Shown here: in pieces, positions 29,163 through 37,906 of the stretch
Layout: each line of letters begins with the position of its first letter
Numbering within the stretch: position 1 is the stretch's first letter
NCBI GenBank assembly: GCA_005883075.1
Contig: VBAX01000048.1
Span: forward strand, 35,475-99,474
Direction: 5' to 3'
DNA: 64,000 bases
DNA from: Candidatus Bathyarchaeota archaeon
GTDB taxonomy: Archaea; Thermoproteota; Bathyarchaeia; 40CM-2-53-6
The notes under the pieces: model-generated
Database searches by the model: none
Told to the model about the DNA's origin: nothing
The model's input: the letters and a program-made list of their open reading frames with translations, nothing else
Program-made: the position numbers and the translations under genes

Positions 29163-29923
29163 GCCGCTTTCACGCCTTCAATGACTTTGTCGACGATTTT
29201 CGCGCTCAACGAGAGTGTTCCGACCGCGACTCCGGTGACTACTGCTGCTGCGAGGATCGGGTTGAGTAGGAAGTTAGGGTCGAAGCCTAGGACCCATCTC
29301 GTCAGGTCCGCGCCGTAGGTCAAGGGGCTGAACACAGATATTGGTGAGTAGAAGCTGGGCATGAAGATGAGTGGGTAGAAGACTGTGCTGAACCGGACGA
29401 TCAGTGCTGATAGCCCGGCGAGGAATGCGCTGTAGAGGTCCACGGACTTGAATGCGATAAACGACATTGACACCATTATTCCCGTGATTCCGAGTCCGAG
29501 GAGAAACATCGAGATCATCGCGAAAACCGCGCCTTGAACGGTAAGATCGCCCACGAACCATAGGACGCCGATTAGGGGCGGGAGAACCTTGATCATCGTA
29601 TTCACGACTCCATAGATTGCCTGAGCTGCCAAGAATCCACCACGCGAGACCGGCAGGGAGAGAAAATAGGGCAATTCTCCTTCATGCGCATGCTCAACGA
29701 AGTGTCGGCCCACCTCGGCTCCAGAATCGAATACCGTAATCACCATCAGTCCGATTGCGTAGTAGAACAGGTAGTTGGGGACCGCTGTCGATACCAGCTT
29801 TGACATCAGGGACCCGTAGATCGCTATTTGTAGTCCGAAAAGCGCCCAGGCCAGAACGAACCAGGTTCTCAGCGATAAGAGCATCCGAACGTTGTATGCT
29901 GCGAGGGTCAGGACACGGTTCAT
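29159..29923 (-). CDS. ABC-2-type transporter permease
   Basis: 254 aa, 6 TM. Its start overlaps the ATPase gene stop by 4 nt. Confidence 0.65.
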   Translation of the reverse strand: MNRVLTLAAYNVRMLLSLRTWFVLAWALFGLQIAIYGSLMSKLVSTAVPNYLFYYAIGLMVITVFDSGAEVGRHFVEHAHEGELPYFLSLPVSRGGFLAAQAIYGVVNTMIKVLPPLIGVLWFVGDLTVQGAVFAMISMFLLGLGITGIMVSMSFIAFKSVDLYSAFLAGLSALIVRFSTVFYPLIFMPSFYSPISVFSPLTYGADLTRWVLGFDPNFLLNPILAAAVVTGVAVGTLSLSAKIVDKVIEGVKAA

Positions 29924-30864
29924 GGCTGATCCGCCAAGGCTTTGCCTGTGAAGTGCAGAAACACATCATCCAGGGAAGGCTCGGTGATCCGGATAGACGC
30001 GATCTTCGCACCGGCCACATAACTTGCCGAGGTCATCTTCGGAACCCAGTCTTCCGCTTTCGATACCTTCGCACGCAACTGATTACCTTCCGGCGACAAG
30101 GATACGTCGCCGCCGAGCCCGTTGAGGCTCCCCACTAGCTTTTCAGAAACAGGGTCTTCGAAATCCACTTCAACAATATCTCCCCCAGCTATCGCATCCT
30201 TCAACTTCGGAATGGTATCGCACACTACCCGTTGGCCCTGGTGCAATATCGTCACCCTATCGGCAAGGTACTCTGCCTCCCGAACCTCGTTCGTCGCAAC
30301 TATAATCGTGGAACCTTGGTCGCGGAGCTCCCGGATCTTGTCCCATATCTTCCTCTTACCCCTAAGATCCACCTGGCTCGTAGGCTCGTCAAAGATCGCC
30401 AACTTAGGCTTCTGAATGAGGACCTTGGCAGTCTCCAGCCGTTTTGCTTGACCGCCCGACAAGTGCATGAACATCTTGTCACGCGACTCCCACAACTCCA
30501 GATCCTTCATCGTCCGCTCGATCAGATCCTGCCGCTTCGCAGGATCGATATCGAACATAGAAGCGTGAAACCTCAGAATCGAGGAGGGCTTGTGACGCCA
30601 AAACCCTCGCGCCTCTTGAAAGGCTATTCCCATGACTTCTCGAACCTTGGTCCCGTCCTCAACAACGTCAATCCCAACGACTTTGGCTGTGCCTGATGTC
30701 GGTTTCAGGATCGTGCAAAGGATCATCAAGAGGGTGGTCTTGCCGGAGCCGTTCGGGCCTAGAATTACCATTATCTCGCCCTCGTTGACCGTGAAGTTCA
30801 AGCCGCGAAGGGCGTCAGTTTTCCCGTACCTCTTCGAGAGGCTTAGCGTTTCCACTGCAAACAA
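29920..30864 (-). CDS. ABC transporter ATP-binding protein (DrrA/CcmA-like)
   Basis: Walker A GPNGSGKTT, signature LSGGQAKR, Walker B AIFDEPT. Confidence 0.9.
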   Translation of the reverse strand: MFAVETLSLSKRYGKTDALRGLNFTVNEGEIMVILGPNGSGKTTLLMILCTILKPTSGTAKVVGIDVVEDGTKVREVMGIAFQEARGFWRHKPSSILRFHASMFDIDPAKRQDLIERTMKDLELWESRDKMFMHLSGGQAKRLETAKVLIQKPKLAIFDEPTSQVDLRGKRKIWDKIRELRDQGSTIIVATNEVREAEYLADRVTILHQGQRVVCDTIPKLKDAIAGGDIVEVDFEDPVSEKLVGSLNGLGGDVSLSPEGNQLRAKVSKAEDWVPKMTSASYVAGAKIASIRITEPSLDDVFLHFTGKALADQP

Positions 30865-30994
30865 GCTTGGGAAACGTCAGTTCGCGAGAATGCGCGATAA
30901 AAATGTTGAACCCACGCCACCGAGAATCCGGGCCCCATGTAACGCTCGGGAAGCTCAATAGAATGTTATCAACAAGCGGTTGAAAGCTCACGAT

Positions 30995-31882
30995 ATGAAA
31001 TTCGGCGTATGTGTACCAAACTACGGCGAATCTTCCTCGGCTGAGGTGCTACGAACGGTGGCTTTGGAGGCCGAAAATGCTGGCTGTGACTCTCTCTGGA
31101 CCACCGATCATGTCTTGATGCCGAGGAACAGTGGGACTCCGTATGAGAGAATCTTTGACAGCATCACAACTCTCGCTTACCTTGCCCCAATTACAAATCA
31201 TGTAAGACTTGGAATCTCGTCATTGATCATGGCGATACGAAACCCCGTCGTCGTTGCAAAACAACTCGCTACGATTGACAATCTAAGCGGGGGAAGACTC
31301 ATTCTCGCAGCCGGTGCCGGCTGGAACGAGAAAGAGTTCACTCATCTAGGCTCAAACTTCCACAATAGAGGCAAGAGGCTTGACGCGTCTATTCGACTGA
31401 TAAGAGCGCTATGGAAGGGAGAGGCAAGTTTCAAGAGCCGTGTTCTTGGGATCGAGTTCAGCGACGCAGTTTTCGATCCACGCCCACGTCAGAAGGATCT
31501 GACTGTCTGGATCGGTGGAACAAGTATGGCCGCGATGAGACGCGCGTTAACCCTTGGTGATGCATGGCATCCCAACGTTCAACCCCTCGACCAATTTGCA
31601 AAACTCATCAATGAGTTCAAGGAAATCTCTCAAGAAGCGAAAACCAAGCAGATCTGCGTCCGCATCGCAATAAACACAAAAGCTCAGCAGTCAGAATACA
31701 AGTCGCCGCAGGGAGAAAGAAGAATAATGCTATCCGCAAATCATGCTCAGAACAAAAACATGCTCTCAAATCTGGAACATCTAGGAGTCTCCTACATCAT
31801 TGCCGTGCCGAGCCCGGACGGGAAGGCAAGTGTAGCGAATCAAGTGGACGCGATCAAGACATTGTCGAAAGTTCTCAATTGA
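30995..31882 (+). CDS. Luciferase-like (LLM class) F420-dependent oxidoreductase
   Basis: MKFGVCVPNYGE..., DSLWTTDH and the LILAAGAGW pattern. ATG at 30995 is preferred over the upstream TTG at 30980. Confidence 0.8.
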   Translation: MKFGVCVPNYGESSSAEVLRTVALEAENAGCDSLWTTDHVLMPRNSGTPYERIFDSITTLAYLAPITNHVRLGISSLIMAIRNPVVVAKQLATIDNLSGGRLILAAGAGWNEKEFTHLGSNFHNRGKRLDASIRLIRALWKGEASFKSRVLGIEFSDAVFDPRPRQKDLTVWIGGTSMAAMRRALTLGDAWHPNVQPLDQFAKLINEFKEISQEAKTKQICVRIAINTKAQQSEYKSPQGERRIMLSANHAQNKNMLSNLEHLGVSYIIAVPSPDGKASVANQVDAIKTLSKVLN

Positions 31883-31954
31883 TCGGGAATTGATCGGCTG
31901 GAGTATCAAAAGTTCTTTAACCCAAGTCAGGTCCAAGCGGGCCTAGTAACTAGA

Positions 31955-32425
31955 ATGCTACCTACTGCTGGCGTAAACCGCGTCTTCGGTTTACTAGATC
32001 TTTTGAAAGCGTACAATGGAAAGACGGACATCGCCACTCTAACCATCGACCTGCGCATCGATCTTGACGAGCTTCTTCCGATTATCGATACCGCGGAATA
32101 TCTCGGGCTCGTCACTGTCAAGGAGGGTGAGATCTCCCTGACAGAGCTAGGAACCAAGGCCCTAAACAACAGGATAGCTGAACGGAAAAAACTCGTCCAC
32201 CAGCGCTTGGAAACGCTCGAACCATTCTCCGACATCGCAAAACTGCTTAAGGAACAAGGACAAGTCACACGGTTCACCCTGGCCCGTTTCATCAGCTCAA
32301 AGTACGGCCCTACTCTCGACATACCAGCTTTGATCAGCATAATCATCAGCTGGGGGGTCTTCACAGGCCTTTTCGGATACGATGGTCAGTCCGAACGATT
32401 ATTGCCGAAAGCTCACATTCACTAG
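31955..32425 (+). CDS. Stand-alone AAA-associated C-terminal domain protein (normally fused to NitT/TauT ABC ATPases)
   Basis: FGLLDLL...DELLPIIDTAEYLGLVTVKEGEISLTELG matches the domain usually found at the C-terminus of nitrate/sulfonate/bicarbonate-type ABC ATPases. It is convergent with, and overlaps by 4 nt, the ABC ATPase gene. Confidence 0.55.
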   Translation: MLPTAGVNRVFGLLDLLKAYNGKTDIATLTIDLRIDLDELLPIIDTAEYLGLVTVKEGEISLTELGTKALNNRIAERKKLVHQRLETLEPFSDIAKLLKEQGQVTRFTLARFISSKYGPTLDIPALISIIISWGVFTGLFGYDGQSERLLPKAHIH

Positions 32426-33183
32426 CTGATCTTCGAGATTATCCGATCGGCGAGATCGTACAGCGTCGGGTCACGAGGGCTCCTCGGTCGCTCGAGATCA
32501 ATCTTGACATCATCAACTATTTTCGCTGGCCTCGCGCTCAACACGATCACCCGGTCAGCCATTTCAACAGCCTCCTGAACGTTGTGCGTGACCATTATCA
32601 CCGAACCAGTAGGGTAGGCCGGGTCCCTCCAAATCTCCACGACCTCGCGCCGTAGGTTCTCGGCTGTCAACGCGTCGAGGCTGGAGAACGGCTCGTCCAT
32701 CAACAACACCTCCGGCTGGAGCGCGAGGGCACGGGCTATTCCAACCCGCTGCTTCATTCCACCTGACAACTCCTTCGGATAGGAAGACTCAAACCCTTCC
32801 AAGCCAACATCCTGAATATACTTCTGCGCGATCTTCAGCTGTTCCTCTTTCTGGATTGAGGCGGATGAGATCGACATCAACACGTTTCCAAGCACAGTCT
32901 TCCATGGAATGAGGGCGAAGGTCTGAAAGATCACCCCGATCTTCGGGCTCGGACTCGTGATGGGGTGGGCATGAAACAACACCTGACCGCTCGTCGGCTT
33001 GTCAAGCCCATCAATAATCCGGAGCAAAGTGCTCTTGCCGCAGCCTGAAGGCCCGACAATGCACAGAAACTCCTTGTAAACATCGAATGAAATATGGTCG
33101 AGTACTGTTGTGCTCTTGCCCTCCCCTGGATAGATTTTTGTAATATCCTTGATCTGCAGTATAGGTTCAGGGGGCTGGCTCAA
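32422..33183 (-). CDS. ABC transporter ATP-binding protein, NitT/TauT (SsuB/TauB-like) family
   Basis: Walker A GPSGCGKST, signature LSGGMKQR, Walker B LLMDEPFS. Confidence 0.9.
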   Translation of the reverse strand: MSQPPEPILQIKDITKIYPGEGKSTTVLDHISFDVYKEFLCIVGPSGCGKSTLLRIIDGLDKPTSGQVLFHAHPITSPSPKIGVIFQTFALIPWKTVLGNVLMSISSASIQKEEQLKIAQKYIQDVGLEGFESSYPKELSGGMKQRVGIARALALQPEVLLMDEPFSSLDALTAENLRREVVEIWRDPAYPTGSVIMVTHNVQEAVEMADRVIVLSARPAKIVDDVKIDLERPRSPRDPTLYDLADRIISKIS

Positions 33184-33187
33184 CTAG

Positions 33188-35035
33188 CTATGCCTCGAAT
33201 TTGTATCTATCGGCTTTACGCAGCAATCGCCTCCAGACCAGCCGGTTAATTATCAGCACCGTCGCGGTCATGACCAGAAGAGAGGCATAGATCTCAACAG
33301 TTGCAAGTGCAGGGTTCCTTGTTGAGGCTTGAACTAGAAAAGAACCCAACCCGGGGACATTAGCGTTGGGTCCGATGTACTCGGAGACTATCAGAGCGTT
33401 CCAGCCCCCGCCCCAGGCCTGTATGCTTCCAATGAGGATTGCGGGAAAAGATGCCGGGATTAGGATCTCTTTAACAAACCGTCGGCCTCGAATTCGATAA
33501 GCTGTCGTCGCTTCCAATATATCATTCGGGACACCGTTTACCGCACCAACGATATTGAACAGCAAATACCACTGCATACCTGTGAGAATTAGGAGCACTG
33601 AAGCTAGGTTCAGTGTGAACCCTAGATAGGGGCTGTTTTTGAACGGATCAACTAGCAGTATTACAACCAGTGGGAATAGGGCCGTCGCGGGAATAGATTG
33701 TCCGATGTCGAAGATTGGCACGAGCAGTCTAGAGAGCCTCTGGCTTCTAGCTATCAATATTCCTGCACCCAGGGTCCATGAGAGGGCAATCGCGTACGCG
33801 ATAACCAACCTCGACAACGATAGAACGGTAATTACGACAAGCTCGAAGGCTGTAACATCTGTCGCGAGTAGGGAAATTCCGCTCTCAATAGATTGGGATC
33901 GCGAAATAATCGTGACGATAAGGCCCAGGATAACTAGTCCAATGAATATCGTGTAGCTGAGGAGTCTTCCCCATAATGGTATTCTAGTTATCCTTTCTGG
34001 GAATCTCAGCCTCTCTGTTATGTGGCGTATTCGTTTCAAACGAGTGATCTCCAGAACTCGTGCCGCGTAGTACCGTTCAGACTTGAAGAAAGTGAGAACC
34101 GGTGAGACCAGACGGTCCTCATATCTTCTCACACCGGCAACTACAGAACTCTGCCGCGTTGCGGTTGTCCTGGGAGCGGCGACTGTTTCGTACTTGTATT
34201 TCTCCGCCCTCACGCCCAGAGGCTTCCAGATCAAACGGTCAACGGCGAGTATGATGCCTACGAGCACAATGAGCCCAAAGAGCGCCAGTCCTAGGTCCGC
34301 CTTCAAGGCAGCCAGCGCGATGTACCTCCCTATTCCGGGAAGGTCTACCTGGGTCTGATTAGGGGGTTGCCCGAAGGAAAGGTGCTCTTCGACGGGTATG
34401 AGATACCATCCTCCACCCCACGCAAGGATGCTGCTCCATACAAGTTCAGGGAATACTGCAGGGAGAACTATCTGTCGTAGGTAGCGAGTGCCACGCATTC
34501 CATACGCGTGAGCTGCTTCCTTGATGTCTGTTGGGATTGCGTTTATTCCTGCTATAACCCCGAATGTAGGGGCCCAAGCCATTGCAGTGAAGATCAGTAT
34601 GATGGAAGCGACTTCTTGGTTGAGTTCAGGGGGAGGAGTGGTCCCTGTCCCTGTTCCCAAGATGATCAGGAACACTACAGGTACTACTCCTAGAACCGGG
34701 ACTGACTGGAAGATGTCGAGCAAGGGCAAGAGGACGTGGGACGCCCGATGGCTCATTGCCGTTGCGATTCCATATGCTAAGGCAAAGGCGAGTGCAAAAA
34801 CGTACGCGATTGTCATTCGGGTAAGAGTTCGAACAGCATACCCCGGAATACACAATGGGTCGAGAGGATTTCTCTGACAGTTCGGAGTCAGCCCCCCGGT
34901 CAGTAGCTCGATCATCAAAGCTACAATCGCTACAGCAGCGATTCCGCTCAGGAATATCTTGGTGAGAAAAGAGACTGTTCTCCCGGCCAAGGACGAGGCC
35001 ACGCGTTTTCTAAGGCTCGGCCTTGGCACATGCAA
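33188..35035 (-). CDS. Fused double permease of a NitT/TauT-type ABC transporter
   Basis: 615 aa with two tandem binding-protein-dependent permease modules, each carrying an EAA-like loop (EAAHAYGMRGTRY and EATTAYRIRGRRF). Confidence 0.8.
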   Translation of the reverse strand: MHVPRPSLRKRVASSLAGRTVSFLTKIFLSGIAAVAIVALMIELLTGGLTPNCQRNPLDPLCIPGYAVRTLTRMTIAYVFALAFALAYGIATAMSHRASHVLLPLLDIFQSVPVLGVVPVVFLIILGTGTGTTPPPELNQEVASIILIFTAMAWAPTFGVIAGINAIPTDIKEAAHAYGMRGTRYLRQIVLPAVFPELVWSSILAWGGGWYLIPVEEHLSFGQPPNQTQVDLPGIGRYIALAALKADLGLALFGLIVLVGIILAVDRLIWKPLGVRAEKYKYETVAAPRTTATRQSSVVAGVRRYEDRLVSPVLTFFKSERYYAARVLEITRLKRIRHITERLRFPERITRIPLWGRLLSYTIFIGLVILGLIVTIISRSQSIESGISLLATDVTAFELVVITVLSLSRLVIAYAIALSWTLGAGILIARSQRLSRLLVPIFDIGQSIPATALFPLVVILLVDPFKNSPYLGFTLNLASVLLILTGMQWYLLFNIVGAVNGVPNDILEATTAYRIRGRRFVKEILIPASFPAILIGSIQAWGGGWNALIVSEYIGPNANVPGLGSFLVQASTRNPALATVEIYASLLVMTATVLIINRLVWRRLLRKADRYKFEA

Positions 35036-35175
35036 AATGAACGCTATCCGATATTCTTAGAAAAATGCACGAGTGCATCTCGTTATAAAAGGGCAACAAG
35101 ATCGATGATTCGAGCAACTCCTCTCCAATCTTCTCGAGTGATGTGCGAACACCTTGTGGAATAGTGAGTTGTGAG

Positions 35176-35318
35176 TGGTGGGGCCGGTGGGATTTGAACC
35201 CACGACCTCTGGCCCCGATTTCTCGGGGTCGCCAGCGCCCCAGGGTCACCGTCCAAGATTGGACTCTGGTATCCTCTGGGCGGGGTCAATCCCCTTGACC
35301 AAGCTAGACGACGGCCCC
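35176..35318 (-). tRNA. Intron-containing tRNA with genomically encoded CCA; isotype unresolved (Trp-CCA or Pro candidates)
   Basis: On the minus strand, 5' GGGGCCG pairs with CGGCCCC-A-CCA at the 3' end. The T arm is canonical (GUGGG-UUCAAAU-CCCAC). The D region is canonical (U8, GUCU, AGCUUGGUCA with A14/G18G19/A21). At 143 nt total, roughly 65-70 nt must be intervening sequence. Confidence 0.8.
35208..35228 (-). other. Predicted 21-nt tRNA intron bounded by a bulge-helix-bulge motif
   Basis: RNA reads UGGC-GA|C-CCCG-AGAAAU-CGGG-GCCA-GA|G. A 4-bp central helix (UGGC/GCCA) is flanked by two 3-nt bulges on opposite strands, with an inner 4-bp helix (CCCG/CGGG). Confidence 0.5.
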
Positions 35319-35403
35319 TAAGTTCGGAATCGAATCGGGCTGCTTTTCTGTGTTATGCTCAGAGCTCCTCAAACAGTCGATCACAATGGAGGGAAGAAGC
35401 GAT

Positions 35404-35862
35404 CTACTGAGACGTGGGAACGGCCATCTGCATGACCGTTTCTTCGACGGGATATCCTTCCTTTCTCCATCCTTCCATCCCATCGAGCATCTCCTTCACC
35501 CTGAAACCGAGAGCCGTCAGTTTCGCAGCTGCCTTGGTGGAGGCGTTGCAGAAGACCCCGTCGCAATAAGTTACTATGACCTTGTCTCGGGGCAAGGAAC
35601 CGGTTGTGGAAGAGTCGATAGTTCGGTGGGGCATGTTGATGCTTCCTGGAACATGCCCTCGGGCGTGCGCCTCGGGGGTTCTGGCATCGATCACCAGTAT
35701 TCTAGAGACCTTGTTCGTGATGTCGTGGTAGACATCTGAGGGGTCAGTTTCGAACGAGAGTTTCGATCGGAAATGACTATTGGCGATCGAGGATTCAGCT
35801 GGTGCGTTCTCTAGTACCTTAGAGGCCGGTTGAATAAGAGATTCATTCGCGCGGTCTGACAT
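35404..35862 (-). CDS. Rhodanese-domain sulfurtransferase
   Basis: VIDARTPEAHARGHVPGSINMP and active-site loop YCDGVFCNAS. Confidence 0.8.
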   Translation of the reverse strand: MSDRANESLIQPASKVLENAPAESSIANSHFRSKLSFETDPSDVYHDITNKVSRILVIDARTPEAHARGHVPGSINMPHRTIDSSTTGSLPRDKVIVTYCDGVFCNASTKAAAKLTALGFRVKEMLDGMEGWRKEGYPVEETVMQMAVPTSQ

Positions 35863-35894
35863 TGTGGGTCTTGGGATATAGGTAGAATGACTTT

Positions 35895-36440
35895 CTACTT
35901 ATTTGTTGTTTGAACAGAAACTTGCTGTTGTGTAGAGACTGGGATCGGGTGAGGCCTGTGCGTGCGATAGGTTGCGAGCGCTCCCAGTCCGCTGATAACC
36001 AAGAGAGTTGCTATTGGAAAGACTGGAACGACGAGGAGAGTTGCGACCAGACGGTCAACTGGTATGACCAGGGGCGCAGTGTAGACCTGAGAGAAGCGAA
36101 GGGGGATAGCTTGCAGACTCGCAGTTCTGGCTGATTGCTCCAGCACTCTGGCGTAAAGCACACCGATGCCGAAGGTTGCCAGACCTCCCAAAATGTTGAT
36201 TGCGCCGCCTAGACGGGTATACCTAGCTAGCATTAGACCGCTTCCAATCAAGACTATGAACGCGACGCTGAACTGGAGGAGCATTAGGTTCTCAGATTGA
36301 TCTGAGGCAAGATTGACTGTTGAGGAAAGGTTGTAGCCGAACAGAGCCCAGCCTATAGCAAGAAGACTGGCGAACACCCCTAGACCACCTGCTAGTAACG
36401 ATCTAGAATGTCCAACTCGCACGGGGTTTACTTTGGTCAA
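35895..36440 (-). CDS. Hypothetical membrane protein
   Basis: 181 aa with 5 hydrophobic helices. Confidence 0.4.
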   Translation of the reverse strand: MTKVNPVRVGHSRSLLAGGLGVFASLLAIGWALFGYNLSSTVNLASDQSENLMLLQFSVAFIVLIGSGLMLARYTRLGGAINILGGLATFGIGVLYARVLEQSARTASLQAIPLRFSQVYTAPLVIPVDRLVATLLVVPVFPIATLLVISGLGALATYRTHRPHPIPVSTQQQVSVQTTNK

Positions 36441-36489
36441 TATTGCAGTCTGCGCCTGCAGTGGTGGTCTATCGGATAAGTCTTACAGA

Positions 36490-37836
36490 CTAACTCGTGA
36501 AGGATTCCAGCATCTTGCCGAGGCTTACTCCCTTCCGTTTTGCTTCTTTCAACAAAACCTTCTGGACGCCACTGGAGTATTGCACAGCCTTTTTCGGCCG
36601 GTCTACAACGCTATCCGGCAGTCCTAGGTGAGCGGCAAGTTTTCTTAGAATATATTTTCGTATCACCTTTCCATCAGAACGGTTGACTCGTAGAGCGGAA
36701 GGCAGCTTCAAAGCGTACTCGACAAGTGGAAGATACGCGAACGGGCAGCAAAGCTCGAGACCGGCCGCAACAGCCAGCTTATCTCCGGGATCAAAGTCTT
36801 TGACAGAAGCGGCAACAACGCTGTCGAACATTTCTCTTCCAAGGTTCTCGGTCCCGTCTCTCAGAGCGACTTCTTCGAACTTTCCGTAGCCCCCGAACAG
36901 CTCATCGCTGAGCTGGCCAGCCGCGATATAGTTCAGGCCTATCTCGCGCGCTTTTTGACAGGCAAAATAGATAGGAACCGAGATCCCGACAATCACTGGA
37001 TCTGTGGTCTCGATGATCTGGACAACATCTGGCAATGAGTCGAGTATATCTGAGCTCGACAATTCGCTAATGTCGAGGTGGAGTCCGAAACTTTTCGCGG
37101 TTCTTTCAGCGTGGCCTAGTTCTTGTTGACCTTTCAGCCCCACCGAGATCAATTCTGGCTCTAGACCTGACCGCTTCGCTACGTGGGCAACGAGGGCGCT
37201 GTCTAATCCACCCGAGAACGCGATTCCGGAACCTCGCGGCACAACCCTGCCGACCGCCTCTGTGAAGAGCTCGTCCAAGGTCCGAGTTGCATCCGACTCA
37301 TCTATCGATTGGTCCTCTGGCTGCTTCAGCGAATAATCATTCAGAACCTCGTACCCTCGCGCGGTGGCTCGGATCACCTTGCCCGGGGGAACGGGTTCGG
37401 GCTCTCGGATGCCCATTGAGACGAGGGGAAATCGAAGGCTCGCAAAGGCGACAGCTCCCTCTTGCGTCTGTCCAAAATAGAGCGGTTTCTGTCCAATGAT
37501 GTCCCTTCCTGCGATCAGTTGATTCTGGAGCGAGGTCAAGAAAGAGAAGGCTCCGGGCGTTTGTATGAGACGGCTTGGACCCGCTGGGCCGGCCTGGTTA
37601 GGTCTTGTATCATCGCTGAAAATAACGCCGTCGAGGGCTAGCGGCACTGCTTGACGAGTGAATGATAGTGCACCCGTGGGGTCGCAGATTCCAATCACGA
37701 TTTTTTTTCCATCGGCGACGCTTTGTGATAGTCTTCGAGATTTTGTTCCGCGGTTCCGCATTAGGGAGAGGATATTCTTCGCTTTCGATTCGAGATCGTC
37801 CAATTCTCGTCCTATGAGGCCGCAGATGCCCGTCAT
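36490..37836 (-). CDS. Asparagine synthase-family (glutamine-hydrolysing) amidotransferase
   Basis: N-terminal nucleophile MTGICG (Cys after Met removal) and PP-loop SGGLDSA. Confidence 0.8.
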   Translation of the reverse strand: MTGICGLIGRELDDLESKAKNILSLMRNRGTKSRRLSQSVADGKKIVIGICDPTGALSFTRQAVPLALDGVIFSDDTRPNQAGPAGPSRLIQTPGAFSFLTSLQNQLIAGRDIIGQKPLYFGQTQEGAVAFASLRFPLVSMGIREPEPVPPGKVIRATARGYEVLNDYSLKQPEDQSIDESDATRTLDELFTEAVGRVVPRGSGIAFSGGLDSALVAHVAKRSGLEPELISVGLKGQQELGHAERTAKSFGLHLDISELSSSDILDSLPDVVQIIETTDPVIVGISVPIYFACQKAREIGLNYIAAGQLSDELFGGYGKFEEVALRDGTENLGREMFDSVVAASVKDFDPGDKLAVAAGLELCCPFAYLPLVEYALKLPSALRVNRSDGKVIRKYILRKLAAHLGLPDSVVDRPKKAVQYSSGVQKVLLKEAKRKGVSLGKMLESFTS

Positions 37837-37906
37837 TATTCCTCTATTTTTCTTCGGAGTTGTTTAATATGATAGGCTAGTTGTTTCTCTGTTCGAGTCG
37901 GTAAGA

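Noticed and set aside
35010-35289. Two listed minus-strand ORFs (79 and 68 aa) overlapping the tRNA locus.
   Set aside because: They run through the tRNA gene and its flanks. The sequences are not protein-like, and the tRNA signal explains the region.
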